From the NCBI GenBank assembly GCA_002104945.1, contig MCFH01000058.1, positions 1 to 64,000 of the forward strand: a DNA stretch of 64,000 nt, written 5' to 3'. Positions 1-14,300 of the stretch are shown here, piece by piece. A program made the translations under genes and the position numbers. The DNA comes from Piromyces finnis finn. Its lineage: Eukaryota > Fungi > Neocallimastigomycota. Within the stretch, counting starts at the first letter, position 1. Every line of letters begins with the position of its first letter. Below the pieces are notes generated by a model. The model worked only from the letters and a program-made list of their open reading frames with translations. It was not told where the DNA came from and did not search any database.

Positions 1-235
<235 letters not shown>

Positions 236-330
236 TAATTCAGTTTTTAATTACTAATAAAATAAAAAGAGTTTTAAAAAGTTTTATCATATATATTTAT
301 GTTATTAAAATTATTAATATTGGGTGCCTT

Positions 331-2675
331 TCAGAGCAAAGTTAAGGAATACTTGCTCAAGAGAAGTTTGACTGTAACTATAATCATAGAAAAGTCCTTC
401 TTTACATGATTCCATAATTTCAAAGACCTTACTAATACTATTTGTATTTTTAACTTCATATTTAACTCTTTAAAGTGATTTATTTTCACATTTGTATTCA
501 CTATTACCAAATATTTGTTTACCAATTACTATTTCTTTATGGAATACATTAATATCTTTTGTATGAACATCTAAAATATAAGTATTACCATATTTTAATT
601 TTAAATGCTCTGGTGTACCAATACACTTTAATCTTCTCTTAACCATAATTACAATACAATTACCTAATAATTCAGATTCTTCCATAAAATGAGTAGACAT
701 AATTGTTGAAGACTTATTATTTTGTAAAGTAGATTTAATAATATTCTAAACGTAACGACGAGTGGAAGGGGCATACCGGCAGAAGGCTCATCCATAGTAA
801 TTTTGGAGGAAGAACAACAAAGTGCGATAAGTATATTTAATTTACAACGAATACCTCCACTCAATTCATATGGCTAATTTTGTTTTTATACTCTGTTAAA
901 TGACAATGGTTAATGAATTTATTTGCAATTTTTCTTGTTTCTTTTTTCGTTTAATCACAAAGATACAAGGACATTTCAATATATTCAAACAAAGTAAATT
1001 CATTCCATAAAGTATCTTCTTGAGGACAGTTTACTATTACAATAAATTTTACCAGGAGTTTGTGGAAAAGTAAAAAAAAGTAGTATTCAATAAACTATAT
1101 TTACCAGAACCATTTGGACCAAGAATACCAAAGCATTCACATTAATCAATACCTAATGAACTATTTTGGAATGGTGTAATAACTATGCGACGACTACCCA
1201 TATCAGACATATGGAATTCACCATATTTTCGATTTTTACGATTCATTGCATCTACTATTTCTTGTTTTGAATCAAATTCAATTTCATCATATTCCTTAGC
1301 TAATTTCACAATCTTAATTGGAAGTTTATTTTTGTCTGCATCATTCATAACTCGTTTATATTCATAAAGAATATCTTCGTCTCCTTCTTGGAGTTCTTGA
1401 TCAAATTACTGATTCATTTCTTCTGTGGTAGTTAATACCTTCTTTTTAGGATTGTACATTTTTTTAGTGGGTGACATTAACATATAACTATATATACCAA
1501 TTGTCATGAATGAACCCAAGAAATAAGTAATAATTTGATATTTAGGAGCCAATAGTTTAAAAATTGAAATACTAATAGCATTATGTCCAATACCAATGTT
1601 AATCATTGATTTAATTACATGAACGATACTATAATCAGGGAAAAGTGAAGTCAATCCAAGAATAAGAATTAATAGATAATATATTACATCATTTGTTTCC
1701 GCAGCATCTGATTCAAGATATTCATTGAATGTTTCAATTGTGATAGCATAAGACGAAAAAAATAATAAATGCGCTACCTTCTCATTTAGAGAATAACTGA
1801 CGCAATACTGGAATAATAAGCAACCAATAGCACATATGTAAATATAGATAACTAATAATATTATCATAGGGGCATAGAACATTAATGTAAAGTTACATAC
1901 AATAAATGTCAGTAAAATTAAAATATAAGTAACTAAAAATATCAGATGATCTGATATTAAAACAGAAAGCCAATAACTTTTACTGGAAATGTTATTTAAT
2001 TGAAGTTATTTCAAAATCTTTTGGACTCTTTCACGAACCACATTTGTACCATAGAAATAAAGTGAGAATGAAATACAGATTGTATCATTTACATTGTCAG
2101 AAATTAAAATAGAATTACTAAGTGTATTTAAAGTTGCTGGAAGAGAATGAACCATAGAATCATTATAATATACATTAAAGTGGTAAGTATTATTATCAAT
2201 ATCGCCTGAGAAACTAGGCACATAGTATGGTTCAGATGTAAAGCATTAGAAATATATTGATCCCTCATTTCAAAATACTTAATTTCAATTTCTAAACTAT
2301 ATTTCATTTGAAAAAGACTTCTCAAAAAAACACTATTTCCCAAACAACGAATAGAACCTTTATTTAAAATTAATTTACGATCAGCAACAATAACTGGTTC
2401 ATCCATATAATAAGTAGTAATGAAAATTACTCTATCTTTTTTAGCCTTCAATAATAAATTCCAGATTTTTCTACAAAAAAGTAGATCCAAACCAGTAGTA
2501 AGTACATCTAAGAAAACATACTTAGGATTAATGCTAAACTAATACAAAGCTTTCTTTTTTGATCACCACTCAATTTTTGAACTTCATAATGTTTTTTTGT
2601 TCCATATCAATATCTTTCAACCATTTTATCAATGTCTTCATCTTCAGTCTCTTTAATTCCAGAATAAAGTCAAAA
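331..2675 (-). pseudogene. Fragmented ABCA-subfamily ABC transporter (end of NBD1, TMD2 pieces, NBD2)
   Basis: NBD1 signature/Walker B remnants LSGDQKRKLCISLAL...VFLDVLTTGLD (~2490-2620) and IFITTYYMDE..ADRKLILNKGSIRCLG; NBD2 Walker A ECFGILGPNGSGKY (~1085-1140), MSGGIRCKL..DEPSAGM and STHFMEESELL. Multiple stops and frameshifts; 5' part missing. Confidence 0.85.
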
Positions 2676-2694
2676 AATTAAAACTAATACCATT

Positions 2695-3365
2695 ATTTCT
2701 AATAAAACAATTTAGTGTTTTATTAGAAATACTTGTTTTCTAATATTTTAATTTAAAAATTTTATTTAATTAATTATTAAAATGATTATTAAAATTATAA
2801 AAATATTAACTTAAACTATATAATATTTCTTTATTAATAATAATAATAATGATTAAAATAAGAATATTTACATGGATTTATATTTTTTTTAAATTTAAAC
2901 TATTTACATTAAAATAATAAAATTAACAACTATTTACAATAAAAGTAATTAGAAATAACAATAAAAGAAATAATTAAAAGTTAAAGAATATAAAAAGTTG
3001 TTTATTTTACAATTAATTAAAGTAATAATTATTTTTAGTATTTTAATAAAAGTGTTTAATTATATTATTTTATAACATGAATTATTATATTTGTTTACTT
3101 TTAAAGTGTAATTTACTAAAGAAGTTATTAAATATTTAATTTAACAATTAATTTAACAAAAGTTATATATTTTGATCTCGATGAATTAAAGTTTTATTAT
3201 TTTCTTTCAATAGTCAAAATATATGCAGTGTTAAGGATTAATTTTATTTTAAAATTTTGGTAAAAGTAATTAATTAAACTATAACTTATTTTAAGTTACT
3301 TTTAGGATTAACTTAAAAATCAGGTTTTATAATAATTTTATATTTATTAATTTCATTACTTATCA
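2695..3365 (-). mobile_element. LTR family B, truncated solo LTR
   Basis: Reverse complement of 30510-31321 and 58927-59738; ends ...TTCATTACTTATCA. Confidence 0.8.
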
Positions 3366-3368
3366 CGA

Positions 3369-4002
3369 TGATAACGGATTGGTAGTTATATTACAACTTC
3401 TTAAACTACTTCTCTGTTATCTTATATTGTTTTATCTCGACAGTTATTGTACGAGCTTTAACAATATCTACTTGTTTTATTTATAAATTTAATTTATTTT
3501 TTCTATAATATAAATAGTTTTATTGTTTAATAATATTTATATAGAATAATAATAACGCCAGATTTATTCTATATAATATTTTTTTTATTAACACAATAAT
3601 TTTAAATTAGACATGTTTAATTTTGTTTTTATATTTTCTTTTATTTATTGTTTTACACCCTTTTTAACAATAATCTTTATTATATAAAAACTTATTTTTG
3701 TCTTTTAATTATTATTAAGTATTATTTAATTAACTATATTAATTAAAATATGAAGAAATAGATTAATTTTTAAGCTATATTCTATTTCTTCATATTATAA
3801 GTTTTCTTCTTTTCTACTAAAATTATTATTCTTAATATTAAAAATTACTTTTATTATTTAATCCAATCAAATATATAAATTTATAAACATTTGATTTTAT
3901 GTCAATTATATTTTTTCATAAAAAATTATTTAATAATTATTTTTATAATAAAATTTTCTACTAATATCAAATGTATAATATATTTATAATTATTATTTAT
4001 CA
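3369..4002. mobile_element. LTR family C solo LTR (TGAT...ATCA)
   Basis: TGATAACGGATTGG...TTATTTATCA; second copy at 39328-39949. Confidence 0.75.
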
Positions 4003-4006
4003 AAAT

Positions 4007-4520
4007 TGATGCGTTGACCAGTATATTTTTGAATAATATAATATTTTTAATAAATAATAAATTCTAAAAGGGATGAAATAATAAATTTAAAAATATAATT
4101 AATAAACAAATCTCTTAAAATTCGAAAATAAACTCTTTAATTATGTTTTAAAACTAACTCTTTATTATATTTTTATTATTTATTTATTGTCCGCCTTTTT
4201 TATAAAGAAGAAATTTATCTTCCTTTTATCCGTTTTCATTTATTACATGTATTATTATTTTAACTATTAAATATTACTATTACTATTGTTATTATTTATT
4301 AAGATTAAAAGAATAAATTAAAATCATACTTTAGTATTATAAAATATTACTTATTTTATCTTCTTTTACTTCAAAATGTTTAAACTAAAAAAAAATTATT
4401 ATAAACTATCATTAACTATCATTAAATGTATAATACCTTAAATAAATAATTAAAACTTAAAATTAAAATGAAATTAAAATAAAATCAAAATCAAAATATT
4501 AAAACTATTGTAAAATATTA
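4007..4520. mobile_element. LTR-like repeat (TGATGCG start), right end unclear
   Basis: Similar along its length to 6011-6523; starts 4 nt after the C end. Confidence 0.55.
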
Positions 4521-5374
4521 AATTAAATAAAGGATTAAAAATAACTAGGTTAGAATAACAATTGTTGATACTAATTATATATTCTCATGATTAATTAATT
4601 AATAATTATTACTAATGATTTTTGATCAAAAGGTTTTTCAATTTGATTGAGGTTATCGAAAATTATTTGAAAAATTATTAATTAATTTTTATAATTGATT
4701 AGATTTGAAATCAAGAATATTTATTTTGTAATCTTATTTTATAATAATGGAGAATTTTTAAATTGAATTATTTATGAAAGGTTGGATGAATTGTGTGACT
4801 TTAATTATATAAATTAATATTGATCATTTTAATGTATATTTATTGGTATTAGTTAAATCTTTAAATAACTATATCTCTAGAACTAGTAATTCAAAATAGC
4901 TATAAATTTGTTAGAATAAAGATCTTAACCAGTACCTTCTGATAAAGTTAGTATGACGTTCCTAGAAATGAAAATAGGACATGAGATTCCGAAGTTATCG
5001 TTAGTTATGTATAATGTATTTTTTACTCAAGGGTTAAGGTATTGAAATTAATTTTTGTGATCCTTAACCCTTTTCAATATTAATTTTTCAAAATGCTCTT
5101 TTAATTTTTTTAAAAATATTTTATAATTTTTTGAGATATAAAATTAATTTTTAGATTATTATTTGAATATTATAATTTATTTTATCATCGTCTTCTATTC
5201 TTGACAATTATTGTTAAGTTTTAAGGTTTGGTTATGTGGCCAGGTCAGAATGCTATTAATTATGTAGTAAAATGTTTTTTAAGAAATTAAATTTAATATA
5301 ACACTTAAAACTTCCAAGTAAGAAAAATCAATATTTATTTTTAAAATAACTTTATTACAAATTTTTATTTCTTT

Positions 5375-5805
<431 letters not shown>

Positions 5806-6010
5806 TATTTGATAACTATATAATTAAACTATAATATTTACAAAGAATTAAAATCGAATTCAATTCATTCTATTTTTATCCTTTTTTAAGATTATTAAAT
5901 TGATAAGAATAGGAATAGCAATAAAATATTATATTACATGTATTATATAAAATTTTTAATATCAGATTTTATATTAATTAATTATTTATAAATTTCATTC
6001 TTTATCAAAA

Positions 6011-6523
6011 TGATACGATGACCGATATATTTTTGAATAATATAATGTTTTAATATTTAATAAATTCTAAGATTTGAATGACACAATAAATTTAAAATAA
6101 AATATGTTTTGTAATTAACATATAACTCTCACAAAATAAAATAACTCAAAAATTATAATTATGTTTTATTATATCTCTTTATTTTTATTGTCTATTTATT
6201 GTCTGTCTTTCTAAAGAGAAAATTTATCTTTCTTTTATAACTTTTTCTTTTATTACATTTATTATTATTTTTAATTATGAAATATTATTGTTATTATTTA
6301 TTAAAAGAATAAATTAAAATTATACTTTAGTATTATAAAATATTACTTATTTGATCTTCTTTTGCTTCAAAGTGCTTAAAACTAAAAAAATTATTATAAC
6401 TATCATAAACTATCATTAAATGTATAATATCTTAAATAAAGTAATTAAAAATCTAAAATTATTAAAATTATTAAAATAAAATTAAAATAATATTGAAATA
6501 AAATTAAAATATTAAAAGTATCA
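6011..6523. mobile_element. LTR-like repeat (TGATACG...GTATCA)
   Basis: TGAT/ATCA termini; paralog of 4007-4520; 3 nt after an LTR end (TTTATCA at 6007). Confidence 0.6.
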
Positions 6524-7048
6524 ATTATTGTAAACACTCATTTCATACAGAAACATAAAAGAATTTTGTATTTATCTTTAAAATTGGTATTATTGTTCTA
6601 TTTCCAGGTTTTAAGTTTGTTGCTTTTAGTAATAATTACTCAATTACTTAATTATTAGTTTATAAATATATTTTTAAAGGAATTTCTAAAGAACACTTGA
6701 ATAAAATACTAATTTGATGTAAACCATTTATTTGAGCTTATTTATTTATTTTTATTTATTTATTAATTATTATTTTTATTATTTTAATACATTAATACAT
6801 TGTTTGATTAAGTCATTTTATTTAATAATTTACTTTATACTTGTTTTCTATTAATTAAGTCATTTTTATTCAGAATTTATTATTATTTAATAAAGAGAAT
6901 ATTATTTATTTGAAAAGGATTATATTTTTATTATTCATTTATTTTAAAGGGTTATTTTTATTTGTTCTAATTAAAAGCCACTATGGGTTAAGTCGTGTTT
7001 ATTTAATTAGTTTTTATTAGGTTTTTGTGTGAGTAGTGTATCAACAAC

Positions 7049-7835
7049 TGATACATTGAAAACATTATCTTAGTTCTATAAATGAATATAGAAAGTGATA
7101 ATATTTGTATCTAAAATTTAATAAAGAAAATAAAAAAATGCTTTTTATACTTGAATTTCTATATTTCTGATGTTCTTCAATATCGTTTTATATTTTTTTT
7201 AAAATTTTATAATAAATAATTTTTTGTTATTTTAAAAGTAATTTCACAATTTCAAGTGATCTTGAAATTGCAGATTCCACTAGTATCCGTGACAAATCTT
7301 TATTTTATTATTTGTTCTAAATTATTAATTTCATCCTGTATCATTACAATGACATAGGTTCAAATATACCTTAATTCTAAATAGAATTAGAAAGTGGTGT
7401 ATTTGTGTGTGTTTGAATGATTTATTTTTATTTTCTCATTCTACAAGTTTTATATAATTAATGAATAAAATTTAAAATTTTAAAAACATTTTGTTTTATA
7501 ATATTAGTTTATTAGTTTAAAATAAATGTATAATACATCTCGTTATGTAGTATAAAAAATATATATTAATTTATAATTTTATTGTTGAAATATTCTAATT
7601 TTCCTGGCTAATTAGTAACAATTTTTAAAATAATACTTTCTATTTCTATTTGTACTATTTCATTACATTTAAGTTTGATTATAAACAAAAATTGTTTATA
7701 TTTTACATTTTTAAAATTCAATTTAAATATTTATATTTTAATTATTTACTATTTTAGTTTAATATTAGATTTCTTATAAAATTTTTAAATCAGATTTTAT
7801 ATTGATTAATTATTTATAAATTTCATTCTTTATCA
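7049..7835 (-). mobile_element. Diverged family I-like solo LTR
   Basis: TGATAC...CATTATCTTAGTTCTATAAATGAATATAGAAAGTGATAATATTTGTATC matches LTR I (28070); ends TTTATCA. Confidence 0.65.
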
Positions 7836-7838
7836 ACA

Positions 7839-8776
7839 TGATACGTATTATTTAATAATACTATAAATTTAATTATTAATTTTATTTCCAGGAATTGAAC
7901 AAAAGGGAATTGTACAAAACAATATATTCTAATAAAAGAATGAAAAGGATTATTTATATATTTATATATTTTATAATTAATAAATAATTATTTTGTTTTA
8001 TTATTTTTAGTGCTTTCAACAATTTATACACAAAGTATTTGAATATAAGAAAAATAACTAAACATAAAAATTTTATTTATAATTTTCTCTTTTACTTTAT
8101 TAATAAAAATAATTTTAAATACATTTATATATTTAACATAAAAATATTCTAAGTTAAAACAACTATAAAAATTTTCAATAATTAATTATATTTTATAAAG
8201 AACTCTCTCTTTTTAATAAAAGTAAATTTTAATTACTTTTATATGAAATTTTTATGATATTTTATTGGTTATTTAATAACTATTATTTTTCTTAAATAAT
8301 TGCTAACCCTTAATTTTAACTATATAAATTTAATATTTTTAACTACATAATTTTATCATGTATCAAACATGATATAAAATGAACATAAAAACCTTAATTA
8401 ATAATATAATTGAATATTACTATAAATGCTATATAAACATTAAGTTAATGTAATATTGGAATAGATTATAATGTAGTTTTTAGTATATTTTATTTAGTAC
8501 ATTAATGTATTTATCATATTTTTATAATCATGTGATAATTAAAGTATTTATAGTAATTATAGTATTTAATATAAACAGATAAACAAACAAACTTTATAGT
8601 TAGATTTTGGTATAAATTAGTAGAAAATATAGTAAATTAGTCTCTATCTAAGAATATAACAGTTAGGAGAAGATATTCTTACGATCATATAATATTTAGT
8701 ATGTATTTGAATAATTTATAAATAAAGTATTAAAGTCAACTCACATATCCTGAGTGTATTGAATCGAGTTGTATCA
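7839..8776. mobile_element. Putative LTR (TGATACG...TTGTATCA)
   Basis: Termini and 3-nt junctions only; no internal match verified. Confidence 0.4.
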
Positions 8777-8779
8777 AAT

Positions 8780-9409
8780 TGTAAGAATTTAATATATAAT
8801 TTATATATGTACATTTTTAACTACAATGTAACAATACACTGTAAATATTATAATATAACTATATACAAAATAATTAATACGTATCTTTAATGTTTGTTTT
8901 ATTTTATTTTTAATGTATTGAATATTTTTAAAATTTTGTTTATCAAAAATTCTCTTAATAAGTATGAGTTTATTTTTTCATAGAAAGAAAAAATATGATT
9001 TTTTTAATTAAATTCAAGAGTTGTTTTATTTATAGAATTTTAAAATTTTAGGTTAAAAGTATTTTTTAGTCTAACGAATAAATCTTCTAGGGAAAGACTA
9101 GATAAGAAAACACTAGAAGGATTTCAATTAATAATCTATTTTTATTAGTCACCAAATAATTAAATCAAAACCTATGTGATAGGAAAAATATTTAATATCT
9201 GGTTCTTATCAATTTTACTTTAATTTTAATTAGATAATAAAATAAACTAAATAATTAAATAAAATGTTTAATATAGTTAAACTAAAACTACAATTTAATT
9301 TACATTACAAAATATTACATAATAAGTATTAATAAAATAAAACATGAAAAAATATATACATTTTTTATAAGAAATGTAGAATTACTAAGTTTAATTCTAA
9401 TTTCTTACA
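8780..9409 (-). mobile_element. Diverged family E-like solo LTR
   Basis: Contains TCTTCTAGGGAAAGACTAGATAAGAAAAC, similar to the reverse complement of LTR E; ends AATTTCTTACA. Confidence 0.55.
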
Positions 9410-9419
9410 CAAACAATTA

Positions 9420-9911
9420 TGTAAAAGGTTTTATTATAAATTAGTTAATAAGTTGCTTTTAAAAGTTAATTAAGTTAGTTATTACCTCTCTATACGAGTT
9501 AATAACTAAATAAAGTTTTATAAAAAATAATAAAAGAAGGAAAATAATTATTATAACACAAAAATAAATATAAACTAAATATTAATAGTAAATAATTTTT
9601 ATTTAAATAATTTTTATAATTATGTCTTTTATTTATTAATTATAATTATTATACATTAATTATTATTATAGTTATTAATTTACCTTAATACTAACGCTAA
9701 AGTATTTTAGCGTTTGTTTACAATGAACTATTTAACTATATTAATTTATTTTCTTTACCACTTGATTGGATAAAGCTAATAAACTTCCTGCTTAAATAAT
9801 AACCATTAATATATGATTAAGCATAATTTCTAACCAATAAATGCTAACCAGAATATATGGTTTCAATTAAAATATTTGTGGGCAAATTTATGGCTACAGA
9901 TACTTCTTACA
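9420..9911 (-). mobile_element. Diverged family D solo LTR
   Basis: Reverse complement of 44864-45359; flanks AATTA/AATTT (near-TSD). Confidence 0.85.
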
Positions 9912-9915
9912 AATT

Positions 9916-10490
9916 TGTCAAAAAGCGATTTTTTATTAAAGGAAAGTGTGGTAAGCACACTAGTTATATTAATTAACTAATATAATACGCTTTCCTATTG
10001 AAGGCGTAAAGATAATAATATTTATATAAAGAAAATTAAATAATATTTTTATTTTAGTAATAACTTAATATCAGCATATATTAAGTTATTAAAAATATTA
10101 AAAATTTTAAAGTTTTGGGTTTTATAGAAGTTTATGAATTTTATTAACTTTAAGTTAAAAAATTACTAACGCTCATGCTTCGTAATTTTTGTCAATTTTT
10201 GTTCTTTTTATACATGAATAATTTTAATTAATACATTTTTTAATTTTAATTAATTATTGTCTAATTATAAAATATTTAACTTTTATAAATTAATAATTAA
10301 TATAATTATTGTAAATAGTTAATAAATTAATAAATTTAAAATAAAATTTTTAATTAATAAAATTTTAATAATTTAAAAAATTTAATAATTTCAAAGGATT
10401 AGAAATTTCATACTTTCAAAATTTTTTTAATAAAAATTTAAAAAAAAATTTAATTTTTTTCATGTGTCCAAATTTTTTAAATTTTTATAT
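9916..10490 (-). mobile_element. Family F LTR, right end truncated
   Basis: Reverse complement of 57798-58416. Confidence 0.8.
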
Positions 10491-10494
10491 AAAT

Positions 10495-10860
10495 TGTAAA
10501 ATATTTAATTTAAATCTAACCTTTAAGTTAAATTGTATATTAAACAAATAGAAAAAAGAAAAACTTCTGGGTTATTTTTAATAACCTTTATTTAATTAAT
10601 TTCAATTAAACTAAACTAAACTAAGCTAAACTATATTAATAACAACTGTTGATTACTTTGTCACGAAGGATATTTGACCAGAGCCTTCGTTAGGTAATCG
10701 GTTTTAAATAATAATATTAAAGAAAATGTTTTATCAAAAACTTAATTAATGATCTATTATTATTAATGCTAATTATTCACTTATAAATCAATTACGATTT
10801 TCCAACTATCGTTTAATAGTTGAAAGATTTTCTTTATTTATACTTTTTAAATAAATTGAA
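10495..10860 (-). mobile_element. Family A-like LTR fragment
   Basis: GAAGGATATTTGACCAGAGCC...GGTAATC and CCAACTATCGTT...TAGTTGAAA match the reverse complement of LTR A. Confidence 0.7.
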
Positions 10861-11391
10861 TTAATTGTAATATACCATTGTAAGACCATTAGAAAAAACG
10901 TTAAACCCTAAAAACGTGGTTGACTTGACGTGAAAGTCGCATTTACCGAGTTTCACGTAAAGGCCATTATCGATGAGGAATTGAAGTATTTTTTCGACAT
11001 GTTTGATATACTCTTCTGTATTATTTGAATGAATAATTATATCATCTAAATAGACTTGAGCATAAGAACCTATAATGTCTGAAAGCACATCATGTATGAA
11101 TTTTTAGAAGACTGAAGGTGCGTTCCGAAGGCCGAAAGGCATTACAAGGTATTCGTAATGTCCAAGCGGAATCCGGAAGGCAGTTAAATATTCGTGACCT
11201 TCCTTAACACGAATCAAGTTATAGGCTGATCTAAGATCAAGCCTAGTGAAGATCGAAGCACTTTTGAATGATTCAATCAAATCATTAATCTTTGGAAGGG
11301 GGTAGCTGTTTCTGATAGTAACTGCATTCAAACGGCGGTAGTCTACACATAGTCGAAGGGATCGTCATGTTTTTTCACGAACAAGACAGGT

Positions 11392-14300
11392 TGTAAAGAA
11401 ATGTGTCTTTAACAATAAAACAAATTATAATATTTACTAAATAACTTAGTAATATTAACACTTTAAAATATTCTGTAAATTATTAATTTATAAAAATATC
11501 ATTAAAAACACATAGAATTTAACTTAATAAGTTAGTGTTTAATAATATAATTATTTATTAATAAAATCTCGATTCTTTAAAATATTTGGGAAAATTCACT
11601 CGTATTTATACTAAAATTTTTTAAATTAATTTATAAAATTTTTTCAACTTAAAATTCTTAACCAATCAATAATCTTCATATAAAATAAAATTTAAAAATA
11701 AAATAAAATAAAATAAAATTATAATTTTTTTAAAATAGTATCTATGAGGTCTCGAACTAGTGTCATTCAGACTCAAAGTCTTAGCTACTAACCACTAAGA
11801 CAATTTAGTTATTTCTAGTATTCGTTACATGGTCCTCCTCCAGGATTCGGATACCAGACGAATCTAGAATTTTAATATTTAAATATATGTTTTTCTTTTT
11901 TAATAAACTAAACTAAGGAGTGAATTTTCTTAATTATAAAAATACATTTAATATAATAAAATACATTTTTTTTTTTTTTTTAATATTACTAAAGTTAAAA
12001 ATAAAATATTGATAAATTTGATATTAATAAATTGTTTAATAATAAAATTGATATTGATAATGATATTAATAAGTTTTGATAATAATAATAATTGTGATTT
12101 TAATATTAATAATAAATATAATTTGAATTTTTTAACTATTTTTTATTTCTTTCTATTAAATTTTTTAAGTAGCCCCTTGCAATTTAGATTTTCTTCAGGC
12201 TCCCACGAAGCTTCATTAATTGAATACCCTTTCCATTTAATCAGGTATTGTATTTTTCCGTAATGTCTTCTTTTATCCAGAATTTCTTCAACTTCGTATT
12301 CTTCTTCATTGTCAACGGTAATAGGTGGCGGTGGTGGTTGAGATCTTCCAAATTTATCTTCGACATATTTCTCGAGATTGGATACATGAATAACTGGATG
12401 AATCTTAATAGATTTTGGGAGACTTAATTTAAATGTAACATTTGATATTTTTTCCAAGATTTTGTATGGGCCGAGTTTTCTTGGCTTAAATTTTTTATTT
12501 CCTTTGTGGATAATTAAAGAACTATCCAGCCAAACTTTGTCACCAACTTTAAAATTCGGAGCTTCTTTTCTACGTTTGTCAGCATGCTTCTTCTGGGTTT
12601 CCATGGCAGATTTTAAATTTTCTTTTAAGGTATTAATTAAAGTTTTAAAATCTCTTGTAAACTCTTCTGCTCTTGGGACTTTAGATAAGTCTGGAATAAC
12701 TGGTGAATATTTTGGATGAAAGCCGTAATTCAAAAAGAATGGAGAAAATTTGGATGATTCTTGAACCACGTTGTTATAACTAAATTCTGCAAGACTAAGA
12801 AAACTTTTCCAATTTGAACCTTTATAATTTGAGAAACATCTTAAATATTGTTCTATAACGGAGTTCACCCTCTCCGTCTGACCGTTTGATTGATGATGAA
12901 ATGGAGTAGACAACTTAAGTTCAATGCCAAGGGAGGAACAGATGGATTGGAAGAATTTAGAGGTAAATTGAGAACCTCTATCCGAGACAATAGATTCAGG
13001 TAGGCCATGAAGACGGGAAATATTATCAATAAAGGCTGTGGCTGTTTCGGCGGCGGAAGGAATACTTTTGAACGGAATGAGATGAACCATTTTTGTAAGA
13101 CGATCAACAACAACAAGAATGCAAGTGAAACCAGAAGATGAAGGCAAATCTGTAATGAAATCCATTGAAATGGATGACCAAGGACGCTCAGCAATATCAA
13201 GAGGATTCAGAAGACCATAAGGTTTATGACGAAAGGTTTTTGAACGACAACAAACTTCACAAGAACGAACGTAGTCTTTAACATCAGAAGAAATAGAAGG
13301 CCACCAGAAGTCTCTAGCAATAAGAGAAGATGTTTTCTTTATTCCGAAATGACCAGCTGAAGGAGAGTCGTGACAGAGTTTAAGAATTGAAAGACGACAA
13401 TTTGGAGGAACATAGATTCTGTCAGTAAAAAGGAGAAAACTATTGCTTAAGGAAAATTTGTCAATTTGAGGATGAGGTATTGGAGGTTTCCTACAATCAA
13501 GATATTCACAGATTTTATTGTAAAAGTCATCATTTATATATTCGGAAAGAAAAGAATTACTAATGGACGAAACAGAAGTTACAATGGCACAAAAATTTTC
13601 AGGGCGAAGAACATTAAAAGGAACATCAGAAGAAGAATTCGAATTGATAGCATAATCAGGACTACGAGATAGAGCATCAGGCTTACCGTTAGAAGAACCA
13701 GAACGATAAATAATAACAAAGTTAAATTCAGAGAGAAACAAAGCCCAGCGAACAAGACGTTGAGACATTTTTTCAGGTTTCTTTTGATAGAGTAAATTTC
13801 GATGATCCGAGTAAATCTTAAAAGTAGAAGAAGAGCCTTTAAGTAAATGACGCCATGTTTCAAGAGCAGCAACGATAGCTAAGAGCTCTTTATCATATAT
13901 TGGATAATTACGTTCAGGACCAGTAAGAGAGCGAGAAAAGAAAGCAACTGGATGGGTCATATTATCAATTGGAGAGACTTGCGAGAGAATAGCACCAATG
14001 GCAAAGTTACTTGAATCAGTTTCGACTATGAATGGAAGTTCACGATTAGGAAATATAAGAACAGGAGCAGAAACAAATAAGGACTTGAGTGAATCGAAAG
14101 CATCTTGAGCTTCTTTAGACCATACAAATTTAACATTTTTCTTCAAAAGTTTATGCAAAGGATGAGCGATCTTTGCAAAATTTGGAATAAATCGACGGTA
14201 GTAGTTCGCAAGACCAAGAAAAGATTGAACCTCTTTAACATTAGATGGAGTAGGCCAGTTTAAAATAGAAGAAACTTAATTTGGGTCCATGTGAATACCA

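Noticed and set aside
5029-5072. 11-bp inverted repeat AAGGGTTAAGG/CCTTAACCCTT
   Set aside because: Single occurrence with no supporting context.
9400-9430. Segmental duplication of the Trp stack, because the junction resembles 42360-42385
   Set aside because: Similar spacers can arise from recycling of ACA/ATCA termini into TSDs; the target pentamers and neighbouring units differ. Not fully excluded.
11830-11850. TGGTCCTCCTCCAGGATTCG after the left G LTR as a tRNA PBS, implying an antisense gag-pol
   Set aside because: On the minus strand it is the PPT, homologous to H's, and a self-priming PBS at the other LTR agrees with the ORF direction.
14276-14278. Programmed stop-codon readthrough in G
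   Set aside because: The stop is inside RT rather than at the gag-pol junction, and the homologs have Lys here.
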